Below, one piece after another: positions 48,901 to 61,029 of a DNA stretch of 64,000 bases. The stretch's first letter is position 1. Each line of letters opens with the position of its first letter. The DNA is from Isurus oxyrinchus (lineage: Eukaryota): positions 109,492,001-109,556,000 of the forward strand of contig JANJGN010000007.1 in NCBI GenBank assembly GCA_026770705.1, in the 5' to 3' direction. Both the position numbers and the translations under genes were made by a program. Below the pieces are notes generated by a model that saw nothing but the letters and a program-made list of their open reading frames with translations, was not told where the DNA came from and did no database searches.

Positions 48901-51229
48901 CTTGCACTTTTCCTTTGCTCTTACAGTATTGTTTGGTAAAATCGTAGCGATTTCGTGACACGTGACTCACCATTGTTAAGAAAAAAATGTGGAATGTATT
49001 AATTCGATTAATATGTTAACGCAATTGTGTGCAGCATATTAACTGAAGCAAGACCCTCCCTGAAAATGGCGGGAAACCAAACGCACGATTATTTGCTAAG
49101 TACATAAAGTGAATATTAACAAACAGAGGTGTTGCAACCAGTTATTCTACATGTCTGGGCTGCAATCCAAATGAAACATTTGAAACACGTTCCCTCTGGA
49201 TCACTGAAAGTTGGCATTGAGGCCTGCCAACAAGACTGACCTATCTATAATGATGCCAAATCAACATACTGTCACTCTTGGTTCTGCAGCTCATGTGAGG
49301 AAAACTGATAACAGAAAATGCAAAATCCATTGGAGAAGTGTTTTATAATAAGAACGATAGGTAAAATAATTGACTGGAAGAGATAACCCGCTTGTTCATT
49401 TTTCTTTTTCCAATTTGGAAACTGCCGAGCCTCCACAGACAAGTTGACGGCGAGAATATTATTTCGGTTTGAGAACAGGTTTGGGTCAATAATATTTTAC
49501 TTACAAAGATTATATTTTCCGGTAGTTTATTTTAAAACTATTTATATGATTATGAATGTCAATAAACACTAAGAAATGTCCTTATCTGAATTTTACAGAT
49601 TGCTAACCTCACTTCTTGGCCTGTTGGCCTCGTACCTGAGCAGGAATTGGTAACAGTGTGAATGGCAATAGCGGGGTTCCGGAGAGAGATGTGAGTTACC
49701 AAACAGATGTAAACAGCTTCGTTCTGCATTGGCTGGGGCTCTTCCAAAGAGCTGGAGACTTCATACAGTCCTTCAGAGTTCTGCCGTTTAATCGGATTTA
49801 TCTCAGTTGAGATATTGATGCCATTTTTATACCAAACGAGTGTGAATTCGCCCGGGTAAAACGCAGCCGTTTGACACACAAGAGTCAGAGACGTAGATGA
49901 ATTGATTGCGGGAGGCTTAGGAAAAATCTTTAATGGAGCTGGGGCAGCTACGAACAGAAAATTAGGAAAATCGGGTTAGTGGAGAGATATTGAGCATAAG
50001 AAATAGGAAAGAAATGGCAGCCTTGCTGGCTCCTGTTTGTTAGTAACAATAGTTCTACCTACTTGTCTCCCCAAGAGATAAAAAAAATCTGTCCAACACT
50101 AAAAATAAAAGGAGGGTTTTAGTGGAAATAGGATAGCTCGCACAGGCGGAGTGTGGCAACTTTAGAAATTTACAAGGTTGAAAGTTCATTTCATTGGAAC
50201 TGAATGTGCTTGAGAAGGTAGATAAGGATATGCTGTTTCCCCGCTGGGAAATCAATAATATGAGGTTCGGGAGGGAAAGGCCCTGGAATAAGAAGTCTCG
50301 TGTAAAAACTACGTTTTGAGATAAACCTGTTACATTCTACTGAAATAAAGTCATATATCTGAGGCGGTATCTCCTCCTCCCTCTCCGCACACACTCCCTG
50401 ACTTTGCTGAGTATTTCCAGCATTTCGTGGTTATACTTCAGATTTCCAGAATCAGCATTACATCGCCTTTGTAATAAGTTTTGTGTTTTATACAACACAG
50501 CAAATGAAATGTCAGATTCCACCGCATAATTAATATTTGTGTACAGAGTTTCACTGTAAACGCATAAAGTTACTTGATAATATCAGAGACAACATAATAA
50601 AATAATGACAACACAGAGCCTTTGACGTTCCCACTCAATTCGGTCACTTACTGCAGACAATTAACCGGGATCCTGTTCCATTTCCACTATATTTTCCCTG
50701 ACGGATCATTGCACAGTGATAGGTTCCTGAGTCCTCGAAAGTCGCATTTTGCAGCTCAAGGAAACCACCTCCTTTAGCATTCATACCAAAGCGTGTTCTC
50801 TTATCGGCTCCTTTTTGCAGATATTCATCCCCACCCTGTTTCCACCAACGTACTTCGACCTCTGCATTGTCATGAGAAAGTGGGATTATGCAGTAGAAGG
50901 TGATGTCTGATCCCCTTAATGTAGTTACCTCTGTGGGACTTTGAGACACGCTGATCGAGGTTCCTGGGGCACCTGTTATAAAATATATTTAAGGTTTGTA
51001 TTAATTAATTGCATTTCAATGCGAAACCAGGCATTTTAGTACACATTTTTTGCGTGGAAATGCAAACGAGTTTGCAGAAGGATGAAGTATATTGAATTCA
51101 ACTGATGTGGTAACTATGAAAGATTTGCTTTGTATAATGGAACAGCTGGGTAAAGAATATTCCGGTACCTGTTGAAGTGATCCTCAGGCGGGACAGTAAC
51201 ATGAACAGAAACATCACATTCGACAACAT
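42934..51229 (-). CDS. Gene C: intact V(J)-C1-TM inhibitory-type receptor, 323 aa (ITIM LTYAAV + ITSM TAYAQI)
   Basis: Exons 51229-51169, 50972-50652, 49947-49636, 48585-48484, 44154-44111, 43737-43636 and 42963-42934 are all GT-AG and in frame (972 nt). Confidence 0.9.
43156..43602. mobile_element. Short Penelope insertion with inverted ends and a 16-bp TSD in the last intron of gene C
   Basis: TCGATATTTCTCTCAC at 43140-43155 and 43603-43618; ~100-bp inverted arms flank a minus-strand 5' ORF piece ([15 protein letters not shown]). Confidence 0.9.
43636..43737 (-). CDS. Gene C ITIM exon [34 protein letters not shown]
   Basis: 102 nt, phase 0/0. Confidence 0.9.
44111..44154 (-). CDS. Gene C 44-nt linker exon [15 protein letters not shown]
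   Basis: ttccag|...|gtaagt; KEE...EE matches gene A. Confidence 0.85.
44262..44313. repeat. (CA)n/(TA)n microsatellite
   Basis: Seen directly. Confidence 0.9.
44430..46335 (+). mobile_element. CR1 LINE (3' ~1.9 kb), antisense within a gene C intron
   Basis: [46 protein letters not shown]. Confidence 0.93.
46610..46940 (-). mobile_element. Diverged tRNA-derived SINE
   Basis: Resembles 51600-51955. Confidence 0.5.
46990..47982 (+). mobile_element. 3' fragment of the 12-15 kb LINE family with an internal 92-bp duplication
   Basis: Aligns with ~14080-14955; 47222-47313 is identical to 47728-47819. Confidence 0.92.
48484..48585 (-). CDS. Gene C transmembrane exon
   Basis: [34 protein letters not shown]; G|gtgagt. 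Confidence 0.9.
49636..49947 (-). CDS. Gene C C1 exon
   Basis: [23 protein letters not shown]...[10 protein letters not shown]...TNSCS; 312 nt. Confidence 0.95.
50652..50972 (-). CDS. Gene C V exon
   Basis: [45 protein letters not shown]; 321 nt. Confidence 0.95.
51169..51229 (-). CDS. Gene C leader exon [20 protein letters not shown]
   Basis: Hydrophobic, 61 nt, ACAG|gtacc donor as in gene A. Confidence 0.85.
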
Positions 51230-51599
51230 TCCGAAAAAGAGGTTCAACTTATATCTAAATGAACTGACGGCGTGGTTTCCACTGTGTGAACTGTTTGCTG
51301 AATACTTAATCTGTAAACGATCAGCTGACGCTTCACATCCTATGCCTGTTGGTTTAAAAATGGGTCTCGTTTGCAACCGTTCTGCTCTTCGGCAGCTTCC
51401 GGAAACCCCTTTAACAAGCCCAACAAAAAATAAGAGTTAAAACAACTGAATTTCTAACCGAACATTTTACAACACCAGCTTCTTATTTTATCGTGCCTTT
51501 GACGCAATAAAATGTTCTAAGGTGCTTATTACGAGCGTTATAAAGTAAAAAATGAACCGAACCACATAAGAAGATACCCTGGGCGATAAAACTTGTTTT

Positions 51600-51955
51600 G
51601 TTTTATCCGTTGATGGGAAGGCGAGTTTCACTGGAAAGGTCAGCATTTATTGCCCATCACTGTTTGCCCTTTATTGAGGGCTGTTAAGAGTCAACCACAC
51701 TGTGGGTCCAGTGTCACATGTCGGCCAGACGAGGTAAGAGCGGCAGATTTTCTTCCTTAAAGGACGTCAGTGAACCAGACAGGTTTTACAACAATCGGTG
51801 ATAGTTTCATGGTTACCATGACTGACGCGAGCGTTATATACTAGATTTATTAACTGAATTCAAATTCCATCAGCTGCTGTAGTGGGATTTGAACCCATGT
51901 CGCCAGGGCATTAGCTGGGGCTCTGCATTATTAGTCCCATGACGTCACCACTACA
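51600..51955 (-). mobile_element. tRNA-derived SINE sharing its 3' tail with the 12-15 kb LINE
   Basis: B-box GGTTCAAATCCC on the minus strand near 51885-51896; tail GGGCAATAAATGCTG. Confidence 0.75.
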
Positions 51956-51959
51956 CCTC

Positions 51960-52790
51960 ATAGGTAGATTTTAAGGAGCATCTTAAAAGAGGAGAGAGTA
52001 GTGGAAAGGCGGAGAGGTTTAGGGAGGGAATTGCAGATGTTTGCCAGTTGAACGCACGGTTGCCAGTGGTGGAGTGATCAAAATTGGGGATGTTCATGAG
52101 ATCGGAATTAGAGGAGCACGGAGACGTCCGACAGTTTTGTGGTTGAAGGAGATTACTGAGGTAGAGAGGGGGCAGGTTATGAAAACAAAGTTGAGGATTT
52201 TAAAGGGCATTGTTTTGTTTGGCAGTAAACGTAGATCCGCGAACACACAGGTGATGGATGAGGGGACTTGAGAGTTAAAAAATGGGCAGCAGACTGTTAG
52301 ATGACCTCATGTTCACACAGGGTACAGCGAAGGAGACTGGTCAGAAGTGAATAGAAATAGTCAACCCGAGAGGGCGGTGCTGCAAATGCGAACGCGGACT
52401 GTTTGGGCACTGATGCAGATATATGCTCAGCATACCCTCTCGGAGTCGGACATAGCACCAAGGTTGCAAACACTCTGATTCACTCCAGACAGTTGCCAAG
52501 GAGAGTCATGGGACCAACAGTTAGGAAATGAGTTGCGATGCAGAGACCAAAGACAATGTCTTCCTTCTCCCAATATACAATTGCAATAAATTTCCACTCA
52601 TCACTGGAATTCAGAAAGCAGTCTGAAAACTTAGAGAGAGAGCAAGAATCGAGAGAGGTTTTGTAAGTTACAGCTGAGTGTCATCAAGGAAATTGAAGCT
52701 GTATGTTTCGATGTTGTTGCTAAGGGGCAACGTGTGCAAGTGAAATAGGGCAGAGGACGCCAGTGGTAAAATCGTGGGAGCCGGAAGAGA
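51960..52790 (-). mobile_element. Old L2-like LINE 3' fragment
   Basis: Composition and 3'-end resemblance only; heavily decayed. Confidence 0.45.
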
Positions 52791-53149
52791 AGCCATTGCC
52801 ACCTATCATAAATTACCAGTTGCCACCAGTCGCTGAGACAATATGTAATTATCCTAAATAAGCTGTCATAGCTAGTACAATAATGTTATGTTATTTGACG
52901 AGTAATGTAGACCTCAGAAACGAGCAGCAGTAAGAGCAGGCTTGCAATTCTCTGCGCAAACTGGGTGAAAGAAGGTTTCCGATGCGGTGATTTCTGCTCT
53001 TGTCTTTTGCAATTGCTTTCTGCTGACAGAGTGATATCGCTGGAAAGCATTGTCATAGTAAATTCATAGAGGGGTGAAAGTTCCTATTGGGTTCAGAATC
53101 TAATGCAAACACTGCAAAATCAACTGCGCTGCTTTTCAATACATTCATG

Positions 53150-53455
53150 GGATTTTTTTTATTCATAGGATGCGGGCCTCGTTGGCTAGGTCAGCATTTA
53201 TTGCCCATCCATAACTGCCCTTGTTCAGAGGGCATTTGACAGCCAATCACGTTTCTGTGGGCCGGGATTCACGTGTAGGCCAGGCCAGGTAAGGACAACA
53301 GATTTTCTTCCCTAAAGGGCATTCGTGGCCCAGATGGGTTTTTAACAACAAATCGACAATGGTGTGATCACATTCACTAATGCTGTAGCGGGATTCCGAC
53401 CTGAGAATTACACTGGGCCTCTAGCCTAGCGACGACGCCATCGTATCTCCCCTAA
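53150..53455 (-). mobile_element. tRNA-derived SINE, same family as 51600-51955
   Basis: Direct similarity between the two copies. Confidence 0.7.
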
Positions 53456-55049
53456 TTTTTAAGTATCGCTGACAAGGTTGGCATCTCTAAATCTCTTTGA
53501 GAAGGTAATGTGTTGTGTTCTTGAACCGTTACATTCCTTGTGGTGAAGGTGCTCCCATAGTGGTTTGAGGGGTCCTCGGGATTTTGAACTAGCGACGATG
53601 AGGCTTTATATCTGACCCTCCTTCAGTACTGGGAAAATTATAATCGTAATAATGGAGTGATAAACTGAGTTAAAATTTCAGATCAATGACCTGCTGAGTA
53701 GTTCCGGCATTTTCTGTTTTAATTTCAGATTTCCGCATCCGGAGCATTTTACGTTTGTAGAAGTGTAATAGGTTTTAAGCAATTGAAAGAAAAGTGGGGG
53801 AAAAACAAAAGGGATGGAATAGAGTGGAAGACTATGGATTGTATGTTAACGTTTCTAATTTGCACAGTGTTTCGTCAAAGTTTCTAATTGACAGGATAAA
53901 CTCTGAAATTTATACCTTCCGTATTGAAGAGAATGATAGAATGCTAACTTAGTCATGCAACGCAAAGGATAAGGAAAAAGTGACAGATTTTGAACTAGGA
54001 AGGCCGAATAGTGGAGTGCCTTTGAATTTGGTCACATGTCTTCCATTTATCTAAATAACTTGAGCACATCCATCTTCACCTAACCACTTTCTCTGAGTCT
54101 TGAAGCCATTCTTATGACCAATCTTTTTAGCAATGTGTTTCTCCCTCTTAGTTTCTTTGCATTTCTCCCTTCAGAATCCTGGCAAAATACCCCAATTATT
54201 TCCCACCATCTGCTTAGGATAATCTTAACATTCGTAAAACATTCCTCTGATCTAGCACCATGCCCTTCGGTTTTGGATGTACGGCTTACTCGTGGAGGAA
54301 ACGGTATTGAGTGGATTCTAAGAAATTTTACTTATTTTGAATGGAATCGATTCTTCTATCTCAGGCTGCCTTGAGATTGTCCACGCGACCGATTATGAAC
54401 TGCAAACATTACCTATAAATCCCACTTTTCTGTGAGGAATTCGTTAAAATTTTCGCTGTTCGCTATATCTGACTGAATAGAATCTTCAGCATGCATTATG
54501 TCTGTCGCCGCACAGGGCAAGAAAAGCTGTCAATCCCGCTCTTTCCGGAACCCATTTTACTGACAGTCACCTGAGAAACAAGCAGAATTACCAGATCAGC
54601 AGCCGCAACTTTGCTTTCTCGGGAAGTCAGCTCTAACAACCAGGGGAAGTTCAGGGCTGATTCAGCGATCGTGCGCTCCAGCGCGGAAATGAGCTGATAG
54701 GGAGAGCTAGTTCAACCTTATTTTCAGTCCATTCACTTGAACATGTTCATCTGCATATATATTTGTGGTTTCAACCTAAATGGATACCCAGTTTCTACTT
54801 ACTGCACTAGCTAACAGATATTTAACAAATGAAAGGCTGGTTATTCAGATTTTGACTTCATATCAATTGGATAATGCAGGTGGATTTGAGATGCTGCTAT
54901 TCAGGGATATTTTGTCTTGGGTGGCAAGCTTCTTTTTTTCAAAGAGGCATTAGGAATGGCTGTGTAGCCCCGAATAACAACTGACTGCATTAGACCAGGG
55001 ATACAGTAAGCCACAGAATCTCTTTACAACCAAATTGATTTATTGCCGC

Positions 55050-55360
55050 TAAAGACCATAAGACCATAAGGCGCAGGAACAGAAGTAGGTCATTCGGCCC
55101 ATCGAGTCTGCTCCACCATTCAATGAGATCATGGCTGATCTGATAATCATCAACTCCAATTTCCTGCATTTTCCCCATAACCTTTGATCCCTTGCTAATT
55201 TAAAACCTGTCTATCTCAGCCTCTTGGTAAAGGATTCCACAGATTAACTATCCTCTGAGGGATGACCCCTCACTCTGAGATTATGCCCTCTGGTCCTAGA
55301 CTCTCTGACAAGGGAAAGCAACCTCTCAGCATCTATCCCGTCAAGCCCCCTGAGAATCTA
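55050..55360 (-). mobile_element. CR1 3' end fragment
   Basis: (AGACCATA)2 terminal repeat and similarity to 16705-17090. Confidence 0.8.
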
Positions 55361-56169
55361 AAAAAGTCATTTTTAAATTAAAATTTCTAAAAGCATATTT
55401 TTAATTAATTAGAAGTTCCTCTGTGGAACAGTGGAATTCCTTATGGAAAACAATAATACATTTTCGAAATCAGTAGGAATTTCTGAGTCTTGAGAAAGTC
55501 CCCTGGGATTCTCGAACTCGGCGTGGTCTATTGGTAATTATATGCAAAGCCACAAAATTAATTGTCTTCAACTTTTACTTCCATGTTAAGTCATTTAAGT
55601 TTCTCAGCGATATAGTAATTGCAGCATGAATTAAGATCATGGCTTGACCTTTCATAGAATCATATAATGGTTACCGCACAGCTAAAGATCCTAACTGTGC
55701 CGAGCATCTGCAAGAGTAAATAATCCAGTCCCATTCGCCGTACTACTCCCCAAAGCCATGCAATATTTTTTACCTTTTCACATAATTATCCAATTCCCTT
55801 TTGAATGACTCAATTGAATCTGCCTCCAATGCTTTCAAATTCTGCGTCATTCTTAATTTTTGAATTTGCCCCCTATGCAATATAAGGCAAATGCAGGGGC
55901 CTTACTACCAACCTCTGGGAAACCCCTTCATAAACCTTCCTCCGGTACGATAAACAACCATCCACCACTACCTTCTATTTTCTGTCACTGGGTTAATTCC
56001 GTATTCCATGCTGCCATTATCGCTTTTGTTCCATGAGCTCTAACTTTGTTCACAAGCCCGTTGTGCAGCACTTTATCAAGTTCCCTTTGGAATTCCATGC
56101 ATACCACACCGTATGATCCTTATCAACCGCTACTGTTACTTCAAAATTTTCATGCAAATCTCAAGAACA

Positions 56170-59100
56170 TTCAAATTAAGAGCAGGAGTAGGTCACTCAG
56201 CCCCTCGAGCCTGCTCCACCATTCAATAAGGCCGTAGTTGGTCTGCTTTTTACCTCAACTCCACATTCCTTCTTACCCACGACAACCTTTCTCCCTCTTG
56301 CTTATCAAGAATTTATCTACCTCTGCCTTAAAGATATTCAAGGACTCTGCATCAGCCATCTTTTGAGGAAGTGAATTCCAATGTCTTGCAAACATCTGAG
56401 AGAATGGTTTTCCTAATCTCTGTCCAAAATGGGCGACACCTTATTTTGAAACAGTGAGCCCGGGTTCTCCAAGAGGAAGCATCCCATCCACGTGCACCCT
56501 GTCAATACCCCTCAAAATCTTACATGTTTCAATCAAGTCGCCTCTTACTCTTCTAAACTCCAGAGGATACAAGCCTAGCCTGCCCAGCCTTTCCTCATAA
56601 GACAACCCACCCATTCGAAGTAGTAATCTAGTACACCTTCTCTGAACTGCTTCAAATGCATTTACATCTTTCCTTAAATAAGCAGACGAACTTTGTACAC
56701 AGTAATCCAGATGTGATCTCAGCAATGCCATGTATAATTGAAGCTTAACTTCATTCCTCTTGCATTCAATTCCCCTTGCAATAAACGATAACATTCTATC
56801 AACTCTGCTAATTACCTGCCGCACCTGCATGCTAATTCCTTGTGATTCATGTACCAGGATATCCAGATATTTCTGCATCTCAGAGCTCTGCAATCTCGCA
56901 CCATTTACATAATATGCCTCTTCTTTATTCGTCCTTCCAAAATAGACAACCTCACATTTTCACACATTATACACCATTTGTCAGATATTTGCCCACTCGC
57001 CTGATCTATCCATATCCTTTTGTAGCCTTCTTGTGTCCTCTTCACAACTTACGCCCCTACATATCTTTGTGTCATCAGCAAATTTAGCAACCATACTATT
57101 GGCCCCTTCATCCAAATTGTTTATGTAAATTGTAAAGGGTTAAGGCACAATCACTGGTCCCTGTGGAACGCCATTCGTTACATCCTGCCAACCAGAACAT
57201 GAACCATTTATGCTACCCTCTGTTTCTTGTTAGCTAGCCAAGCTTCTATCCATGCGAATGTTATCCCCTACATCATGAGCTTTTATTTTCCACAATGACC
57301 TTTTATGGTGCACCTTCCCAAATCCCTTCTGAAAATGTTAGTACAGTACATCCACCGGTTCCCCTTTATCCACAGCATTTGTTACTTCTTCAAAGAGCTC
57401 CAACAAATTGATTTTAAAAGATTTCCCTTTTATGAAACCAGTTTAACCATGCCTGATTATCTTCATTTTTGTCTAAGTGCCCTCTTATAACATGTTTAAT
57501 AATAGCTCCTAATATTTTCCCTATGACAGATATAAAACTAACTGGCATATAACCTACTTTCTGTCTCACTCTCTTCTAAAATAAATAGGTTACATTTGCT
57601 ATTCTCCAACTTAATGGAACCTTCCTCGAATCTAGTGATTTTTGTTTAGAAAATTAAAACCAAAGCATCAGCTATCCCAAGAGCCACTTATTTTAACAGT
57701 CAAGGTAGAAATCCAACAAGACCCGAAGACTTGTCAAACTGCAGTCCCAACAATTTGCTAAGCAGCACTTCCCTGGTGATTGTAATTTTCTTGAGCTCTT
57801 TTCTGTTCCAATTCCTGATTTATAGCCATTTCTGGGATGAAATAAGTGAAATAAGATTAAATGAAATAAATGAAACTTAGTTAAAAATGCTTTGCATTTC
57901 TTAATTAATCTGTGTTTCCTAAGTGACTGTTAATTCTGTTCCAAATTATCATTTCTAAAAGCTTCCCCAAAACCAAGTTTAAATTGACTGGCCAGTGGTT
58001 GCAGGACAGAAAATTGCACCGTTTTTCGAATAAAGTTATTTTTAATATTTTCAATTCTCCAGCCCTCTTGCACTACCGCTGTACACCTGAGGAGGCTTGG
58101 AAAATTATGGCCAGTACTTCCACAATTTCCAGCTTACTTCCTTCAGTGTGCTTGAATGCACCCCATCCAGGGCCCATGACTTATTAACCTTTAGCATAGC
58201 TAGTCTATCTAATACCTCCTCTTTATTCACTTTCTAGCTTATCAAATGTTTCAACTTCTTTACCTTTCACTGTGGCTTGGGTAGCAGCTTCTCTCTTGGT
58301 AAAGACAGAAGCAAAGTATTCATTTAATGCCTCAGTCATGCTCCTGCCTCCATTTTTAGTTCCATTATCGGCTCCTTTCCTTCACTTATCAACCTTTTTC
58401 TGTTTATATGCCTATAGAAAACTCTTGATTAACTTTTATGCTAGTTACCAGTCTTTTCTCATATTCTACCTGCCTCTATTACTCTTTGTCACTTCCCCTC
58501 TGAAACATCTGCATTAAATCTGGTTTATAATTGTATTGTCCACCTGACATTTGTCATCTGCTCACTTTTCCTGCTTCATCTTACTCTCCATTTCGTTCAT
58601 CATCCAAGAAGCCCTGGATCTGTTTGCCCCACCATTCTCCAAATGCAAATGTACCTGAACTGTCTCCTCTTTAAAGATTTGTTGTTCGACGACAGCTTTG
58701 TCTGCCGATATTTGATTCAAATTTATTTTGGTCAGAACCCTTCTTGCCCCATAGAATTGGGCCTCCCACAATGAACTAGATTACTTACTTCCCTTTTCCA
58801 AAGATAACCTAAACGTTAGAATCAGATAACCTAACCGGATAACGTAAACCTTAGAACCAGGCCCAGCAATGCCTCCTTCGTCGTAAAAATTCTCCCTGAA
58901 CACAGTCTAGCAACGGTTTTACATCTCTGCTCTTTACACCGTTACTATCCCATTGTATATTAGGATAACGTCCCCCATTATAACCACGGAATAATTATTG
59001 CATCTCTCTAATTTCTTCGCAGTTGTGTTTCTCTATAGCTTTTTCTCTAGTTAGCGGCCTACAGAACACACCAAACAATGTAATGCTACCTCCATTGCTT

Positions 59101-60200
59101 CCTAGCTCTAAGCAAATACATTATGTCATTGACACCTCTGAGACATCCTCTCTCTCTCTCTCTCTCTCGCTCTCTAGTACTACAAAGTTCTCCCTACACT
59201 GATATTCTTCTACCTTTCTTTCCTTCCCCAGATTTTCAGAACAGCTTGTATACTGGAATACTTAATGCCTAGTAACCCAGAATCATTCTTTGGACCACGC
59301 CTCCACTATTGCCACATCACATTGCTATCTGTGCCTGCATCACACCAGCCTCAATTTCCATACTCCACGCGTTCACATACACGCACGGTAAGCTTTACTT
59401 AGCCCTTATTTCCGGCCCTCCCGCCCTGGCCACACATAATATATTAATATTTCCTACTCTATTTTTATCTGTCTGTTTCAATTCTCTGTGCATTTTTGCT
59501 TCCCTCTCTAATATTACATGGTGGTGCATACCCCTTGCTAAGTCAGTTTAAATAGCCTCCTACAATAGTATCAAATGGCCCCAGAAGGACATTGTTCCCA
59601 ATTATGTTCAGGCGCAATTCGTCCAACCTGCACATGTCCCATCTCCCCCAAAAGTCGTCCCAATTTCACAGCAGTTTAACGCTATTTCTTCTGCATCATC
59701 TTTCCAGTCACACATTGACCTGACCTACCCTATTTCTTTGCTCACTTGGATCCAGAGATTACCACCTTTGATGTCCTAGTTGCCAGTTTCGTTCCTAGCT
59801 CGGGGAGGCAGCAAACTATCCGGAATTCACGGCTGCGACAACACAAACGTCTATCTGTTCCTTTAACGATACAATCCCCTATCAATATTGCTTTTCCATT
59901 CTTCCACCTGCTCTCCCACTACCGCCCCCACCCCCCCCCCCCCCCCACCCCCCAACCCCGTATAACGAAGGCAGCCAAGGTGAGGTGCCGCAGACTTGAC
60001 TCTGGCTGCACTTGCTCAAAAGAAACTTCCCCCTAACCAGTACAGTTGCACTCAGAATTAAATACTAGTTGCAGAGTCAAATGCACTCAGGGGACTTCTG
60101 TATTGCCTGCCTGTTCGTTCTTGAGAGCCTAACGTTCACCTTTTTCCTCTGTTCTCCCATACCCTTAAGCCGGGAGTTGACCATAACTATAAATGTGCTA
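56170..60200 (-). mobile_element. CR1 LINE fragments (younger 3' part ~56170-57840, older 5' part beyond)
   Basis: LQLYMALLRSHLDYCVQ...LEFRRVRGDLIETCKIL; reverse-complement similarity to 44.4-46.3 kb. Confidence 0.8.
59148..59175. repeat. (CT)n microsatellite
   Basis: Seen directly. Confidence 0.85.
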
Positions 60201-61029
60201 CGCATTGATTATGGAAAGGTTTCTGCCGTTGGGCTGGCGTTCAATGGGGCGCTGAGACTAGCAACATTTTGATGAAAAATTTATTTTAAACAGGTTCCTA
60301 ATGTATTCTTTGCACTATTAGTTGCGCCCACAATTTTACTGACCTACATCAGCACTTAGGTTGCAAGCTAAAAAAAGATCGCGGCTGCAGGTGCAATCTT
60401 CATACTGTCCGCCACGACACCACTATCATAACCAGGTTCTTATTGTTTTAAACAACTTTTACGTGATTCAAGTATAGAATTACACGAAGATAGCTGCAGC
60501 CCCTTCTTCCAAGTCAATGAATTACTGTAGCGAAATCGGCTATAACGAAGAAGCCGCTTGACCGCATGAAATCAGATTCTAATCGGCGAAAACCAGTTGC
60601 TGCATATAACAGAAAACCCATTTTCCCTGATTAAGAATTGCAGTTGTCATCTGGAGCAGACGATTCATACAGATTTGGCAAAGTACAAACCAGCTTGCTT
60701 GGGAGAGTTGTGGTGGTGAGAAGGTAAAATATCTCATATTGTGTTACAATAAAGACCACGAACATACTTTTAAAAGGCAATTGTAATCTGCCCTTAACTG
60801 GGTTTTCCAGTCTCATCACTCATTATTGCATTAAACTACTCATCATTTACAGTACTGAAACAGACCATTCGACTCACAAGCTTCTTCTCAACCTAAGCCA
60901 ACAAATTCTTTCAACATATCATCAAACTTTGTCCTTGTATGTATCCAATGATCTGGTAACATAAACCGAAATTATTTGTTTATAGCAATGATTGCTTTAG
61001 CATTAAGGCAACATCAAAAGCAAATTCCC

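Noticed and set aside
50712-50750. Perfect heptamer CACAGTG overlapping the YHC codons of the gene C V exon (another at 9953-9959 in gene A)
   Set aside because: No nonamer at 12 or 23 nt, and it is explained by the codons. The V exons already include the J-like strand, so these are not rearranging segments.
9838-50972. Ig light chain, TCR or IgNAR locus
   Set aside because: No RSS or separate J segments, no TCR-type charged TM motif, and ITIM-bearing tails.
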